DNA of 63,123 bases, counting the filler, from Dirinaria sp. TL-2023a (Eukaryota): assembly GCA_051941275.1 (NCBI GenBank). It is 49 parts of 49 records of this genome, joined end to end, with 100 filler letters (N's around TTAATTAATTAA, not from the genome) between each part and the next. Parts side by side here need not be neighbours in the genome. Positions count along the whole stretch, not along the records: positions 37,773 to 38,955 come from JAVEBF010002922.1; positions 39,056 to 40,237 come from JAVEBF010002923.1; positions 40,338 to 41,519 come from JAVEBF010002924.1; positions 41,620 to 42,800 come from JAVEBF010002925.1; positions 42,901 to 44,080 come from JAVEBF010002926.1; positions 44,181 to 45,359 come from JAVEBF010002927.1; positions 45,460 to 46,635 come from JAVEBF010002928.1; positions 46,736 to 47,910 come from JAVEBF010002929.1; 41 more parts are not named here. The stretch is one strand, 5' to 3'. The notes under the pieces were generated by a model. It did no database searches and was not told where the DNA came from. It was given only the letters and a program-made list of their open reading frames with translations. Shown here piece by piece: positions 38,321 to 51,083 of this stretch (positions within the stretch are counted from its first letter, which is position 1; each line of letters opens with the position of its first letter). The position numbers and the translations under genes are program-made.

Positions 38321-38955
38321 ATGGAGCTCCAACCACCCATCACCAGCAACGGAGTGGCTCCTCCCCCACCACTATCCAGTCCCCGTAAACGACCGCTCGT
38401 CGATGAATCTTCCTCCGATTTAGTCCCGACAACTTCACAAGCTGCCGAGATTAACGGCGATAACGCTCCCACCCCTCCGAACAAGCGCTCACGCAGAGAT
38501 GAATCGTCTCAGGAGAGTAATACTTCACCAGTGCATGGATCTGGGCGAGGCAGAACCGGGAAAAAATCCGCTGGAAAATCCAACACCAGCAATTCCATAC
38601 CGCGCCCATCCAAGTTCAAAGAAGGCTCGATGAGGGATAGAGTGAGCCAACGACCGCCGAGTCCTTACATGCGACAAGAACTCGCCATGGAACAGTACAT
38701 GGCGGAGTCAGCTGCTTCACAGTTGGCCCCTAGCCGGGCGTCTGATGACCTCGGCCAAGTTTATGACGCTGGGATCGATACTGGGAGACCTTCAACCATG
38801 TACCGCTTTGGGAAAGCGATTGCCAATGCATTCAAGCCCATCTCCGCCTGGAACCGGTTATGGAGGGAAGAAGAGAAAGTGAACGATCCTCAGCAGAAGA
38901 TCCTACAAGACCGGCAAGCCAAGGCCGAAAAGGCCTACGCGGAGTTGAAGCGAAG
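38321..38955 (+). CDS. Fungal hypothetical protein, N-terminal part, 3' truncated
   Basis: Open frame to the contig end; low-complexity N-terminus, SKFKEGSMRDRVSQRPPS, start of a coiled coil. Confidence 0.7.
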
Positions 38956-39489
38956 NNNNNNNNNNNNNNNNNNNNNNNNNNNNNNNNNNNNNNNNNNNNT
39001 TAATTAATTAANNNNNNNNNNNNNNNNNNNNNNNNNNNNNNNNNNNNNNNNNNNNACTCAGGATCCCGGCAAGACTTTCTCCCTCCCTTTCTAGCTCAAA
39101 TGAGCCGCCGCGATTGACTCCATTGCACACAAACCATCAGACAGCAGAATCGTACGACGCAGCCACGATGAAAAAGGGCTCGATGGACTCCAGAGATCGA
39201 CTAAATGCACTATGGCGATAATGAGCGACAGCTAACAGAAAATGAGGTGGCTCGTTCGGATTGGGAATGCACGACTAAAGCACCGACAATGCGACTGCTT
39301 TAGCGTGGGGCTAATGCAATGTCTTCGCCCGTCTCATCGAATACCCTGACGATACGTGACGAGTGCCAGGCTGCCAGCATGTAGCGGTTAGAGTGTATGT
39401 ATTATTGCGAGAGGATCGCTCAATTTTCTCCAACACTCCTCGGCTTGCTCATCATGGGGTGCCAAAGTCAGCGCTTGAATATTGCAAAA

Positions 39490-40237
39490 ATGCGACGCCA
39501 TCCTGCTCTCTCTGCGATCGGAGCAGTCGTTTTTGTCCTTCTCGTTTACCATTCCTTCTTTTCTCCTCCTTCCTTGCCTAGCCAACCAAATTTAGCCCCG
39601 TCGCAAGAGATCCCACCTAAAATCTGGCAGATCTACTTTGGGTATTCTCCGTTGGACAGCTTTACTGAGGCTCTGCAGAGCTGGATAAGTAACAACCAAG
39701 ACTGTGCGTATACGCTTATGAGCGATAAAGGTGGCGATGCTTTCGTCCAAAAGCACTACGCCGGTCGACCCGGCATCCTCCAGCCATTCCTCGATCTCCG
39801 ATTTCCAGTTCTCCGCTCGGATTTCCTGCGATACCTTGTACTGCACAGCGAAGGAGGTGTATACAGTGACCTCGACACTGTTTCGCTCAAGCCATTCCGA
39901 GAGTGGATTGCACCAGAACTTCGCTCTCAGGTTCACGCTGTGGTCGGCATTGAGTACGATCAGCGGGACGACGAGCCGTATATTGGCATGTCTGGGACAA
40001 GACTACAGTTCTGTCAGTGGACCATGGCGGCGTCGCCAGGTCATCCGATCCTTGAGAGGGTCATCAACAGCGTCGTAAAAGCCCTGCACGGAATGGCGCG
40101 TCGCCATGCTACCTCCATACACCAGCTTGAACCTAGTGATGAGGAGGTCATGGAGGTGACTGGACCAGGCATCTGGACATCTGCCGTTATAGAAAGCCTT
40201 TCGGAGGTGACAGGGACACATATGAGTTATATCAACA
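39490..40237 (+). CDS. Glycosyltransferase family 32 (Och1/Hoc1-like alpha-1,6-mannosyltransferase), 3' truncated
   Basis: N-terminal TM anchor, IPPKIWQ, RSDFLRYLVL..EGGVYSDLD (DxD), VVGIEYD, QFCQWT, TGPGIWT. Confidence 0.92.
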
Positions 40238-41257
40238 NNNNNNNNNNNNNNNNNNNNNNNNNNNNNNNNNNNNNNNNNNNNTTAATTAATTAANNNNNNN
40301 NNNNNNNNNNNNNNNNNNNNNNNNNNNNNNNNNNNNNCCTTCAGAAGGACCAAGATGCGATTGGCCTGATAGTCTTCAGATCGTTACACGAGTAATCAAT
40401 ATCTACTCACCTGCAGATCCCGTTATGCTGCTTGGCAAAGGAGGAATGCGCTTCAAGGATGGTAGAGTATCTCTTCTAATATCTCATCATTTGCGAAACG
40501 GGGTAGTTTGCAAAGGGGGGCTTTTTCTTCACGAGTGGCTGCTTTCCCTAAAACAGAAATGGCAATGTCCGCCATATCGATGGTTCTTTAGCTATTGTTA
40601 GCTTGAAATTTGATTTGCATCTAAACATTCTTCCTCTTTTTCTTCGCTGGTCAGCACTGTTCGCCGTCGCGTGTGGTTCTACTTCAACAGCTACCGTCAC
40701 CCGGCTCCAGTTCTGGGATGGTGTTCCGATTCCGGCGCCCTGCTCTAATTCTGACTCCCTGCTCCAATCCCGAAGTACTGCTCTAAATCAGGCACTCTGG
40801 CACCCTGCTTGAATCTAGGCACGAAGGGTCGATCCTAGGAACACGCTCCTGGGGCTAAGAGGCATCCAGCACGAGCTGGTAATGGTCAAGCACAGCTACT
40901 GGTCCCTAGGAAAATCTACTCTAGACAAATCTCCTAGGACGCATAGCGGTAACTCACCACGTCAGTAGCCACCTCTTCCAGTTATAGCACCTCGTTCCAA
41001 TTCTGAGACCCGTGCTCCTATTCTGGCATCGAATCGTGGGTCCTGGGTCGTTCCTCTCGGGAAAAATTGCCTGGGCCTTGAACCAGCTTCAATGAGTCAG
41101 TACTGGATCAATTTGATGCAGGGCGTTTAAAGCTCGAGCTTAGGACACTTTCCCAAGGAGCATGGTGGTAGTCAGCGAGCTTTTAATTTCCATGAGGCAA
41201 TCCAGGAGAATTTTAGTTCCTTCTCAAATCCTCAGACATGTCAACTTCTTTCAGCAT

Positions 41258-41519
41258 GGAAGAGAGTGCTGAAGAAGGAAAAGCCTCTGACGGTGAGATT
41301 TATAGGAAGATAAGCTATTACTAATCGTAAAGATAGCTTAGTTTGGAAATACGATGGTGGTCTCTTCTCTCTTCCCATAGAGCCAGAAATCTAAAACAAC
41401 TCCTCCGGCACAGGGAATTCACCCTCGCCTTTGATACTTTTTTGGAGATACCCGCGCTTTTGACCGGAATAAGAATCAGTACTCTGCAGAAGATGTTCGC
41501 AATAAGGTGCGACGAGGTA
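41258..41519 (+). pseudogene. DUF3723-like fragment (Starship-associated family) with stops
   Basis: SDGEIYRKISYY*..EIRWWSLLS...AFDTFLEIPALLTG...RCDE then a GTA donor. Confidence 0.7.
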
Positions 41520-41619
41520 NNNNNNNNNNNNNNNNNNNNNNNNNNNNNNNNNNNNNNNNNNNNTTAATTAATTAANNNNNNNNNNNNNNNNNNNNNNNNN
41601 NNNNNNNNNNNNNNNNNNN

Positions 41620-41848
41620 GGGATCGGGTGTGAAATTTGTGACATGGTAAGTTGTGAGGCAGCAGAGCTGCGACGCGTACTTCCCCCGTATTAGACCTTT
41701 CGGAAACAGCTAACCGAAGGTTGTCTCGCAGGAGATCTGGGGTCCTCGTTACAAGTGTGCCGACTGCAAGGACTTCGATCTTTGTTTCCGCTGCATAGCC
41801 GATGCTGATAAGATGCATGATGCTGATCATCACTTTGAGCAGTTGTAG
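41620..41848 (+). CDS. C-terminal ZZ-type zinc finger of a larger protein (exons 41620-41646, 41732-41848)
   Basis: Spliced GIGCEICDMEIWGPRYKCADCKDFDLCFRCIADADKMHDADHHFEQL*; GTAAGT...GCTAAC...CAG intron. Confidence 0.88.
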
Positions 41849-42995
41849 GGTCAATTGCGATACTGGCGTTCGCTTGTCAAGTGTAGGATTCTTTCATGTG
41901 GAGTGTGGACGCCTCGACGAGACTTTTGATCTACGATTAAGATTTCGTACAAAAGGCCCACGTTCTTGCCACTATTGCCCAAGGTTTGAAAGCCTGTTGT
42001 ATCGTATCTTTAAGTTCTAAAAATGCTCTATATAAGTCATTTTTTCGAGGTGTCTCTAACGAGTGAGGGATCCAAAAGATGGAGCGGTTTCCCGCTTGGG
42101 TACTTTCGGCCATTAGATCACAAGATCTTGTCACTTGTCCCTTGATACGAACCTTTCTTATGAGATATAATTAGACATTCAGGAACGCATAGAGACGAAC
42201 TGTGGCCATTATTTGACAATGGCGCTAAGGGAAAATATAGGATGAGGCTCATCGTTACACCCTGGGCTATATTTGTACCTTGAATTGATTATGCTGGGGC
42301 CGGCTACATGGCAACAGATTCACGGCGAGCATTGTGAGAGAAATTCATTCTTGATATTGAATCTGTAGGTAATACACTCTTCTAGTTGAAGGGAACTTGG
42401 GGTCTTGATGATCATGTCTTTACCCCTATTTTCACATTGATATGCGGTCGGTGGGTATATACGGAATCAGGCGTTTGCTAAGGTATCTAATGCCATATCA
42501 ATCCTTCTTCTCACCTTCCGCTAGAAGTAATTCGGAGGGGTATTCTGCAGCCACTCAGAAATAAGTTGAGCAGTGGCAAGAATCGCAGCATAGTAAATAA
42601 ATACAAAAAGTAAGTGGTACTTCAAAAAAACAAAAAATAAAATAAAATATATATATATACAACAATTGTGGCCCCTGTTTCCAAGGAACTTCCGATGATG
42701 GTGCAGAGGGCTGCTCCAGATAGCAGGGATTAAACCCCGCTAGTCTGCGAGTGCTGGCGTCGATGTGCAGTTGGGATTCCTTTTGTGGTTTGTTCGGTCA
42801 NNNNNNNNNNNNNNNNNNNNNNNNNNNNNNNNNNNNNNNNNNNNTTAATTAATTAANNNNNNNNNNNNNNNNNNNNNNNNNNNNNNNNNNNNNNNNNNNN
42901 GCACTGATCGTCAGTGCATTTGCGATTTATTTGAAGCTCATTAAAAATCTCTCAACTCAGTAAAAATAAGAGAGAAAAAGAGTTCTCTGACGCAT

Positions 42996-43427
42996 TTTAA
43001 TGTCAAAGACCCAACCTTGATTAGATAGATTTCCCAATGATAAAAGTCCCGACAGCGTCAAAAAACTAACTAAATCAAGTCAAAGAACTTAATGTCTATC
43101 TTATTACTTGATTTTGTTTTCAGAGTCGTAACACTATTCGAATTTCTCTCTGAGCTTCGTCTCGAAGCTCAGCGCTCAGAATGTGATAGAAAATTCGTCT
43201 CAGTGAAAACGATTAAGTAGTCGTCTCGAGTTTAGTAAACTCTCAGTCGTAAAGTCTCGTCGAAAACTCGAAAACTCTTCAAACGTTCGAGCTGAGAATC
43301 GAACTCAGAATCTTGCGATCGTGTTGACTTGATTTAATGTCAAAGACTCAATCTTGATTAAATAAATTTCTCAATGATAAAAATCTCGACAGCGTCAAAA
43401 GATTAACTAAATCAAGTTAAAGGACTT
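42996..43427. repeat. Two nested copies of LTR-like family A
   Basis: TTTAATGTCAAAGAC... segment occurs twice; matches 1-214. Confidence 0.7.
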
Positions 43428-43841
43428 TGTAAGTTCGTATGCGTCGGTTATCCGCCGAAGCAGTATTTGTGTGAAAGACGTGGCAGTGTAATAGATTATA
43501 TGGCTACCTGATACTGTAGTTTCTGCTAGAACTAATCACTAAGGATCTCTCTTCGAAAGGACTGAGTGATTCTCTATACTTAATCGCGAGCGTTCACATT
43601 GTCTTATCATGCCGAGCCTCGCGCTGACGAATCACGAGCGCTCGTAGACACAATGTTCTATAAGCGTCAATCGCTCACTGACTCCTAGTTAATCTCGAAA
43701 TACAACCTTCCGACGCTGACTTTTAGGCGGCGCTAGTTATGCTTCAGACCCCGAAGGATTGCCCCTGGGCACCCTCGGCTGCCAAGCGGCGCTAGTCTGC
43801 ATTGGTCAATATATATCAATGTATCAGGTATCACTGTTACA
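43428..43841 (-). mobile_element. LTR family B copy
   Basis: Full-length match to 35384-35795 with many C>T/G>A changes. Confidence 0.92.
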
Positions 43842-44080
43842 ACGTGATAAAAGTGATTTATCAAGCGATAAAGAATTAATGTTTATATTTTATCGACAAA
43901 TATCAACGCGATTTGATGCAGATAACGACGAGATTCTAAATCATATTGTTGACGCTAACATGTTTGCGATGCAAATCAATAATATCTCGAACGAGTCAGT
44001 TACTATTGCTCTCAATTGTCGTTTAGACACTGTGCATGAGTATGAGAAAGAAGACTACTATGCAGTAATGTCAGAAGATG
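43842..44080 (+). mobile_element. Gypsy pol fragment, more mutated copy of about 15077-15315
   Basis: RDKSDLSSDKELMF...HIVDANMFAMQINN versus RGKSDLPSDRELMF...HIVDANMCAMQVNN. Confidence 0.85.
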
Positions 44081-44989
44081 NNNNNNNNNNNNNNNNNNNN
44101 NNNNNNNNNNNNNNNNNNNNNNNNTTAATTAATTAANNNNNNNNNNNNNNNNNNNNNNNNNNNNNNNNNNNNNNNNNNNNCCTCTATCTCTCTCTACAAA
44201 ACCTCCATCATACAATAATAGTAATAACACCTTAAACCCCTACTCGTACTCGTAGTCGTACCATATTCCAGATGCTTTTCTAAGAGAACAAGTAAGGAAT
44301 ATGATGAGTATGAAGATCTGACGTCGGAATCGATTTCTGAAAGAATCCTCTTTTTTTTGGCAGAGATGTAGGGATTTTAAGAAAAAAGTATTTTTGGTTG
44401 TGCGGAGGGAGAAAAGGAGGGGGAAGGAAGAGAATTGATTTATGTATTTCGTTACCGGCGCTTCAACAAAGACCAGGCAGGGATGATGAAAGGAAAACTT
44501 GGGTGAGGTGAGGGGTTTACATTATAAAGTATGCGGCTGTGTGCGGATTTTGTTTTTTTTGTTTTTTTTTTTTTCACATGATGTGTATGATTCAGGGTGA
44601 AAGGGAATTAAGAAATGATAAGATACATGTAGGGAAAGCGCGAAGTTCTTTTTTCTTATTTCCTTGGTTGTTAAATAAATGGGTGTATGATGGCGCGGGA
44701 TGGGAGGATTTGTCGAGGTATGGGGGGCTCTTGGATGGTTTTTATGTAGGAAAATTGGGAATGATAATGTATAATATAAAATCAGTACTAATTTATTATT
44801 ACAAGGAAGAAGCTAAAATTTGGAGGAGAAAGGAGTGACAAGAAAAACAATCGGTAAAGACTGGACGGCGCCCTCGCTGATATATATAGCTTGACCGGGA
44901 AGATGGAAACGCCCAAAAGTTTTTGTCTGTGCTCCCTCAATGTAGGGTAGGATAGCATCTCCTTGGAGAACCCCCTTGACTGTCGGCAT

Positions 44990-45359
44990 CTAGCAAGTGA
45001 AACTGCAATCCATATGGCGGCTCCCCTTCTTATATTTTTTCACCTTGCACTGGGGTGACGCGCTCGATTCCCACCTCTGTCCGGCATAGGCGAATACAAC
45101 CGCGTCCTTGTCTACTTCCCCGCTTGTGATGTCCACGGTGTAGGGTAGTTGGCTGTCGACACTGCGGGTCTGTAGATCGGGAATGTCGAGACGGTTGGCG
45201 CCGCCCATTTCCTCATGGATGGCATCGTAGATCTGGACGTCGTATTGGTAGTCCCCTCCCACGCCGTTTTCGTTTTTCTGCCACTGCACGACGGTGAGGT
45301 TGCACGGACCGCTGACGTAGCGAGGCTCGAGAGATGGGGTAGCCCCGGTGGGGTGGGCG
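44990..45359 (-). CDS. Small, probably secreted Cys-containing fungal protein/domain, 5' truncated
   Basis: SGPCNLTVVQWQKNE...SQLPYTVDIT...FAYAGQRW...C...RHMDCSFTC*. Confidence 0.7.
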
Positions 45360-45636
45360 NNNNNNNNNNNNNNNNNNNNNNNNNNNNNNNNNNNNNNNNN
45401 NNNTTAATTAATTAANNNNNNNNNNNNNNNNNNNNNNNNNNNNNNNNNNNNNNNNNNNNCCACTGCACATATTACACATCAGAAGAAATACATTCATCAT
45501 CATCACTTGCATCTATATCAAGATAATCAGATTAATTCATTGACTTGCAATTTGAGTATGTTCTAAAAATTTTGAATAAAAATCACTGCTAAATATATCA
45601 AACAGATGTCATAAGATCAGCTGACAAATTGTTTTG

Positions 45637-45712
45637 TCTCATCTGCTTTATCTACTTCATCTGCTTTATCTACTTCATCTGCATCATCTGTTTTATCTGC
45701 ATCATCTGCATT
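45637..45712. repeat. Degenerate 9/18-bp tandem repeat
   Basis: TCATCTGCTTTATCTACT-type units. Confidence 0.7.
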
Positions 45713-45717
45713 TGCTG

Positions 45718-46635
45718 ATGATTTTTTCATCGTCATCATCGTTTCGCGAAAACGAGTATGTATTTTTCGAGTCTGTTTCGATCATATCGTCGTCGTCAAT
45801 TGATGACGCGAAGTATGATATCGACGAAGCTCTTTTTCAGACGTTAAATATCTTCATCAAAAAGCACGATTATGCAGTCGTTATCAAAAACTCTGTTAAA
45901 TCATCTCAAGATGTGAAAAAAAAAGTTTTATATACGCTGTACACGAGATGAAAAATCGAAATCTCATGCAAATGCAACCAGACGTTCTGATGTAAATAAT
46001 AAACTCATTGATTGTTCGTTTCGCATCGTCGTCAGATTTATCGACGATGACATGTGAAAACTCATCGTCATATTTCGTGCGAAGCACAATTATGAAAATG
46101 ATATTGAAGACTCCCATTCAAATTTGAGACGTTATTTTATGACGTCGAAGATTTGTCAATTGATCGAAGATCAGTATCGCAGCGATTCAACGTCTAAAGC
46201 AATTCTTAATTACATTCGCATCAAATACGATGTGAGAGTGAACAACTCTTTTACAAATATTCAAAATATAATTAACGCTTTACAAATTATTAAACAGAAA
46301 GAGATTGAAAATTTAATTTCTATATAAGTTTTTAACATGCAATTGAATGCTGCAGAATACGATTGAATCATCACAGATCATATTTATGAGAATACTCGTC
46401 AATTGCAGTATCTTTTTTTCATCAATGAAATCTCTCTGAATATTTTTAAAATTAATGACGAGATGTTAATTATCGATTGCATTCATAAAACTAATCGTTA
46501 TCACATGTCTCTGACAATTCTCATCGACGTTACTAATTTGAACACTTTATTTTATGTCGAAATAATCTTTTAAAAAAACGAAAAACTAAAGAATTATCAA
46601 TGACTTATCTAAATTATACATTTACTGTATAATTA
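45718..46635 (+). mobile_element. Mutator/MULE transposase fragment, RIP-decayed
   Basis: KKHDYAVVIKNS (FAR1-like) and LIIDCIHKTNRYHMSLTILIDVTNLNTLFYV (MULE D-x-T-Y-K-T-N motif). Confidence 0.85.
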
Positions 46636-46735
46636 NNNNNNNNNNNNNNNNNNNNNNNNNNNNNNNNNNNNNNNNNNNNTTAATTAATTAANNNNNNNNN
46701 NNNNNNNNNNNNNNNNNNNNNNNNNNNNNNNNNNN

Positions 46736-47910
46736 ATTCAATTCATAAAGATGATGTGAAACGATACACTTAATGTGACAATGAGATTAAATTCGTCATA
46801 CGTGAGATGTCTTTTTGTTTGATTTAATTGACACTGTGAACAATGACTGATGTAGTCGCGAAGACGTTTGTTCAAATGTTTAATGTAGATCGTGTATCGT
46901 AGTCGATCGTATGTTCGATGAAAATCTTCGTGATGAGTCTGATCATGAGCGATTTCAAATATCTCTTGTTTCATTGATTCTGAAATGCATAATCGTTGTC
47001 GTCTCTCATCAGCGATATAGTAAATAAGATTATTGTGTTTTTCGAAACGCAAATCGCGATTAGTACTCAGCTCATTATCATTGAGTGTTTCGAGTGTTTC
47101 TGATTGTTCGCTATTAGATGACTCGATCATGTTCAGGATTGTTTGTCAGTGAGCGTCTTCTTTGTATGCCTTCTTCAGACGTTTCTTAAAGTCGTTCGCT
47201 AACTCTATCAGAGTAGCACTATAAACTCATTGTATAGAGTTCAGCGATGACTCAATGATCATGACATCGTCGTAAAACAGTTCGATAAAGATATCGTATA
47301 ACGATTTCAACACTCTCGTTTTCTTCGTTGTTGATTGACTCGCTCTTAACATGATAAATCATTGAAGCGAAGTCTCACTGTTTTGATGCGTTTAGATCGA
47401 CATAAAGCTTACGTCGTTTATCGAAATGCGTCAGAAAGCTAGACTCGTCGAATGCTGTCTGTAAATTCTTGAATGCTTCTATTTCACTGTTCGTGAGCTC
47501 GTAAAATGACAGCTTCGCTGCTTGTCTTTTTCGAGAAAGATCTTTAGCAATGATAGATAACTTCTTGTTTAGCATTGTCTTTCTATGCTGCAACGATTCA
47601 ACTCTTTGAGCATATCGCGAAATAAACGATCTTAATCAATCAGTAAGTTTTAGAAAAAACTCGAGATCATTTAGTGATCGTGAGAACCGTAAGATTGTTA
47701 TTGCTGTCACTTTCTTCGCTGACGTGAATAGACTCAAGCTGTCGATTCGTTGATTCAGTAAAGTGACTGACGAGTATTTTAGAAAGAATTTTGACGATGA
47801 CAGACTCACTCTTTTACGACGAAATAGATCAAATAATTGTCGTAGATGATTCAGATGCTCGAGAAAGATAAGAGAGTGAGCAATTATATCGTCGACATAC
47901 GTCTTTGCAA
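46736..47910 (-). mobile_element. Ty3/gypsy pol (RT end, RNase H start, integrase HHCC), RIP-decayed
   Basis: YVDDIIAHS, LYVDLNASK, AHDQTHH...HCSQCQLNQTKRH in gypsy domain order. Confidence 0.9.
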
Positions 47911-49285
47911 NNNNNNNNNNNNNNNNNNNNNNNNNNNNNNNNNNNNNNNNNNNNTTAATTAATTAANNNNNNNNNNNNNNNNNNNNNNNNNNNNNNNNNN
48001 NNNNNNNNNNTATATCAACAGGGATTGCCTCCTGGAATTTGGGCGTCCGGCGTTTTCGGATGGGTTTAAGCCACCGCAGCTCGGGAGCCTTGACCAATGG
48101 CACAAGGATCGAGCAGAGTATCGCCGTGAAGTTTTCGACGATGATTCGATAGATCTTGAATCTGATTAAGGTTAGTCCATACTATAGCATGTATGTGTTT
48201 CTGTTCATAAGGCTGTTGATATAAGCATTACTCTAACGAAAAATTAAAAATCTACAGGAGTGCCTTTATCAGCCGAGCTGAGCATAGTTTGGATGATACA
48301 AAGCGATACTCAGCGCGGACTTTGTTGTGGCTCGTTAGAAAACCACCTGGAGTAGAGTTCACTCCTGTAATACCCGACGTTTGGGGTGTGGTAATGATCT
48401 TAGATTTTACTACTTTCAATTTTATGATTGAGGACCGTGTTCGTCATCAGTTTTGTGCACTTGGTATATATAGGCCGGATATCAGCAGACGACATCGCCT
48501 GGACCGATGCGTGGGGTTTCGGCTTGTGGAGCTCCATGGAAGTGAGCCTCGAGCGTCGTGGCAGCATGTCTTCCGGTCATAGATAGCTCCCGGCTTTCTC
48601 AAGCTGGCTCGCACAAGGCAAGATTTCGTGGTCAGGCTTCTGCTCGCTTCTGTCCAGCTCGTCCCTAAAACCGCGCGAATCGCTAGGGGAGTCTTGAGAA
48701 TCTGAAATCGACAGGTGGAGATGCTCTGGAATGCATGGGAGATGTTGCTGGTGAGACACAAGGCCCTGAGAAAGTAATTGCGGCGAGAGTGTCGCTAGCT
48801 CGCGTGACCTCGAGTCAAATGGGGAAGATTTGGAACTGGGAAGTAGTCCCAGCGGTGTGTGGAATGTCTGTTTTGCCACTTGAAGTCAATTTCAATGTCA
48901 ATTTACAGGTTCTTCGACTTATTTATTACTATGCCATGCTAGGTACTAATATCTCTTGACTTACCTATCAAGGTTGTTGATCCACGTTAATGATCACTCT
49001 TTCCATGCTCTTATACATTGAATGCAACTTCAACCACGTGCCAAATTGACAATACTTCTTCGTCATCTGCGTAATAACTCCATCACCACCTCATCAACCC
49101 CCCGTCTCTTCCCAAAATGCTCGAACTCAGTATTCCACCAGGGCATATCATAACCTTCCAACTTCAGTCTTCACACCCCTTCCACNNNNNNNNNNNNNNN
49201 NNNNNNNNNNNNNNNNNNNNNNNNNNNNNTTAATTAATTAANNNNNNNNNNNNNNNNNNNNNNNNNNNNNNNNNNNNNNNNNNNN

Positions 49286-50458
49286 AGTCATTTGTCTGCG
49301 TTCTTCGAGAAGCATCGAGCGAATATTTTTTTGACGAAGCTTAAGTCGAATCTTAAGATTAAACTTCTTAGCACGAATACAGTGCTGAAAATTAAAGAAA
49401 AAATATTAACTCAGACGATCATGATGAAAAGAATCATGAAACGTTAGTACGTCACGAGTGAGAGTCATCGAAACACTAACAAGTTCGAGAAACAAAAATT
49501 TAAGAATCGCTCAGAACGTATCGTCGTTTCGAAATCGACGAGTTTAAACGATAAATCGAAAAATCAAAATCGATCAAATCAAAGATCAAATCAAAAACGT
49601 CGCAACGTCAATGATTTTGCGAATAAAGAGTCAGACGTTTGTTATAATTGTGACGAGTTTGAACACTGAAGTAAGTCGTGTTCAAAATCTTCAAATTCAG
49701 ACATTATCGTAAACGATGTCGTGAATTCAAAAAACTTCGACGCTTCGCAAACGCCTCAGAAACGAAGCAAAAAAGATCAGTTGAGACGATCGATCTCATC
49801 GTAACTAAGAGATGAGCGACACTTCAGAGAGATAAGCGTCAAATTAGAGCTTTTCTGAATCTCGAAGCAAAGCTAAATTTAGTTAACAACGCGTTTGTTG
49901 TTCAGTGAGACTTATCGCAGATAATCGTCGTTTTGTCGCTGTCGAGATTTCTAAATGAAGAGAGTCGTTATTGCTATGACGTTTATGAACTCATCTACTG
50001 ACTAGTTGACTCTTGAGAGCAGAGTCGCGAATGTATTACTCTATTTTATGCAGTTGATTTTATCGATCTCGATTTGATTTTGAACATGCTCATGCTTGCA
50101 AGTCAGAGTATTCTGTTAGATCTAAAGACAGCAAATTGACGATTCAAAATTGTCTTCGAAAAATTCGAAATCTCTGAACTCGTCAATTTTGTCATAGATC
50201 TGACGAGACAGCAGCGAATGTATACATTGATTTGCGTCGATGTAACGACGACGACAAGTCAATCAAAATCGAAACATTCAATTCTCAAAGAACTATTGAA
50301 GTTTCGAGATCAATTTGATAACGAGAAAGTCGAGATTCTGTCTGAACAAGGTCAGAAAGATCATGTCATTGATTTAATGAAGAGTCGAGAATCACTCTTT
50401 ATGTCTTTATACAATCTTTCTCAGATCGAGCTGACTGAGCTGCGGCGCTATCTAGAGG
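49286..50458 (+). mobile_element. Ty3/gypsy gag end, protease and pre-RT region, RIP-decayed
   Basis: CYNCDEFEH*SKSC knuckle, AAAAAAC heptamer 49729-49735, AFLNLEAKLNLV protease relic, DHVIDL...LYNLSQIEL. Confidence 0.85.
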
Positions 50459-50619
50459 NNNNNNNNNNNNNNNNNNNNNNNNNNNNNNNNNNNNNNNNNN
50501 NNTTAATTAATTAANNNNNNNNNNNNNNNNNNNNNNNNNNNNNNNNNNNNNNNNNNNNATTAGCGATCCGACAAAGTTGATGAGAAGAATCATCCTATCA
50601 TTAAAATCTCCCTGACAGC

Positions 50620-51083
50620 GTCTTGAGACAAATTCCATTGATGTGTTCCGTTATCGAGAACCGCGGAGCGTCACTCGATAGAAACAAACGGGAGATAAGC
50701 TAGCTGGATAACAGATGTTAGTTGTCAATGCCCAATATGATCTGGATTCTGTAGGAGAAACGCTATGGAGCTTCTGACAAAGAATTGTCGCAAGAGATTG
50801 GGATTCGACATAGATTGAAACTCGTAAATATACGGGAATTTGGGGTATGACAGCTTACCCATCCCACAATGCATGTCCAATCCTCTCACAGGAACGACTT
50901 GACAATGCGAACTTTGACGTATACGCGCGCTGCCACCAGGATTGTGGTGCCGATAATATATCCCGCAATGCACACCTCGATGAGTGGCCGCAATGTATAT
51001 GGTTGATGAAAAGTGGGTATAACACCAGACGGCGGTGTGAAGCCAGAATTCGGAGCCGTCACAGTATAAGTTGCTTGAGCCAT
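50620..51083 (-). pseudogene. PTH11-like (rhodopsin-domain) integral membrane protein, 5' part with a premature stop
   Basis: PPSGVIPTF, VAARVYVKVRI..FL*EDWTCIVGW (TGA 50886-50888), GTAAGC donor, later GTHQWN. Confidence 0.65.
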
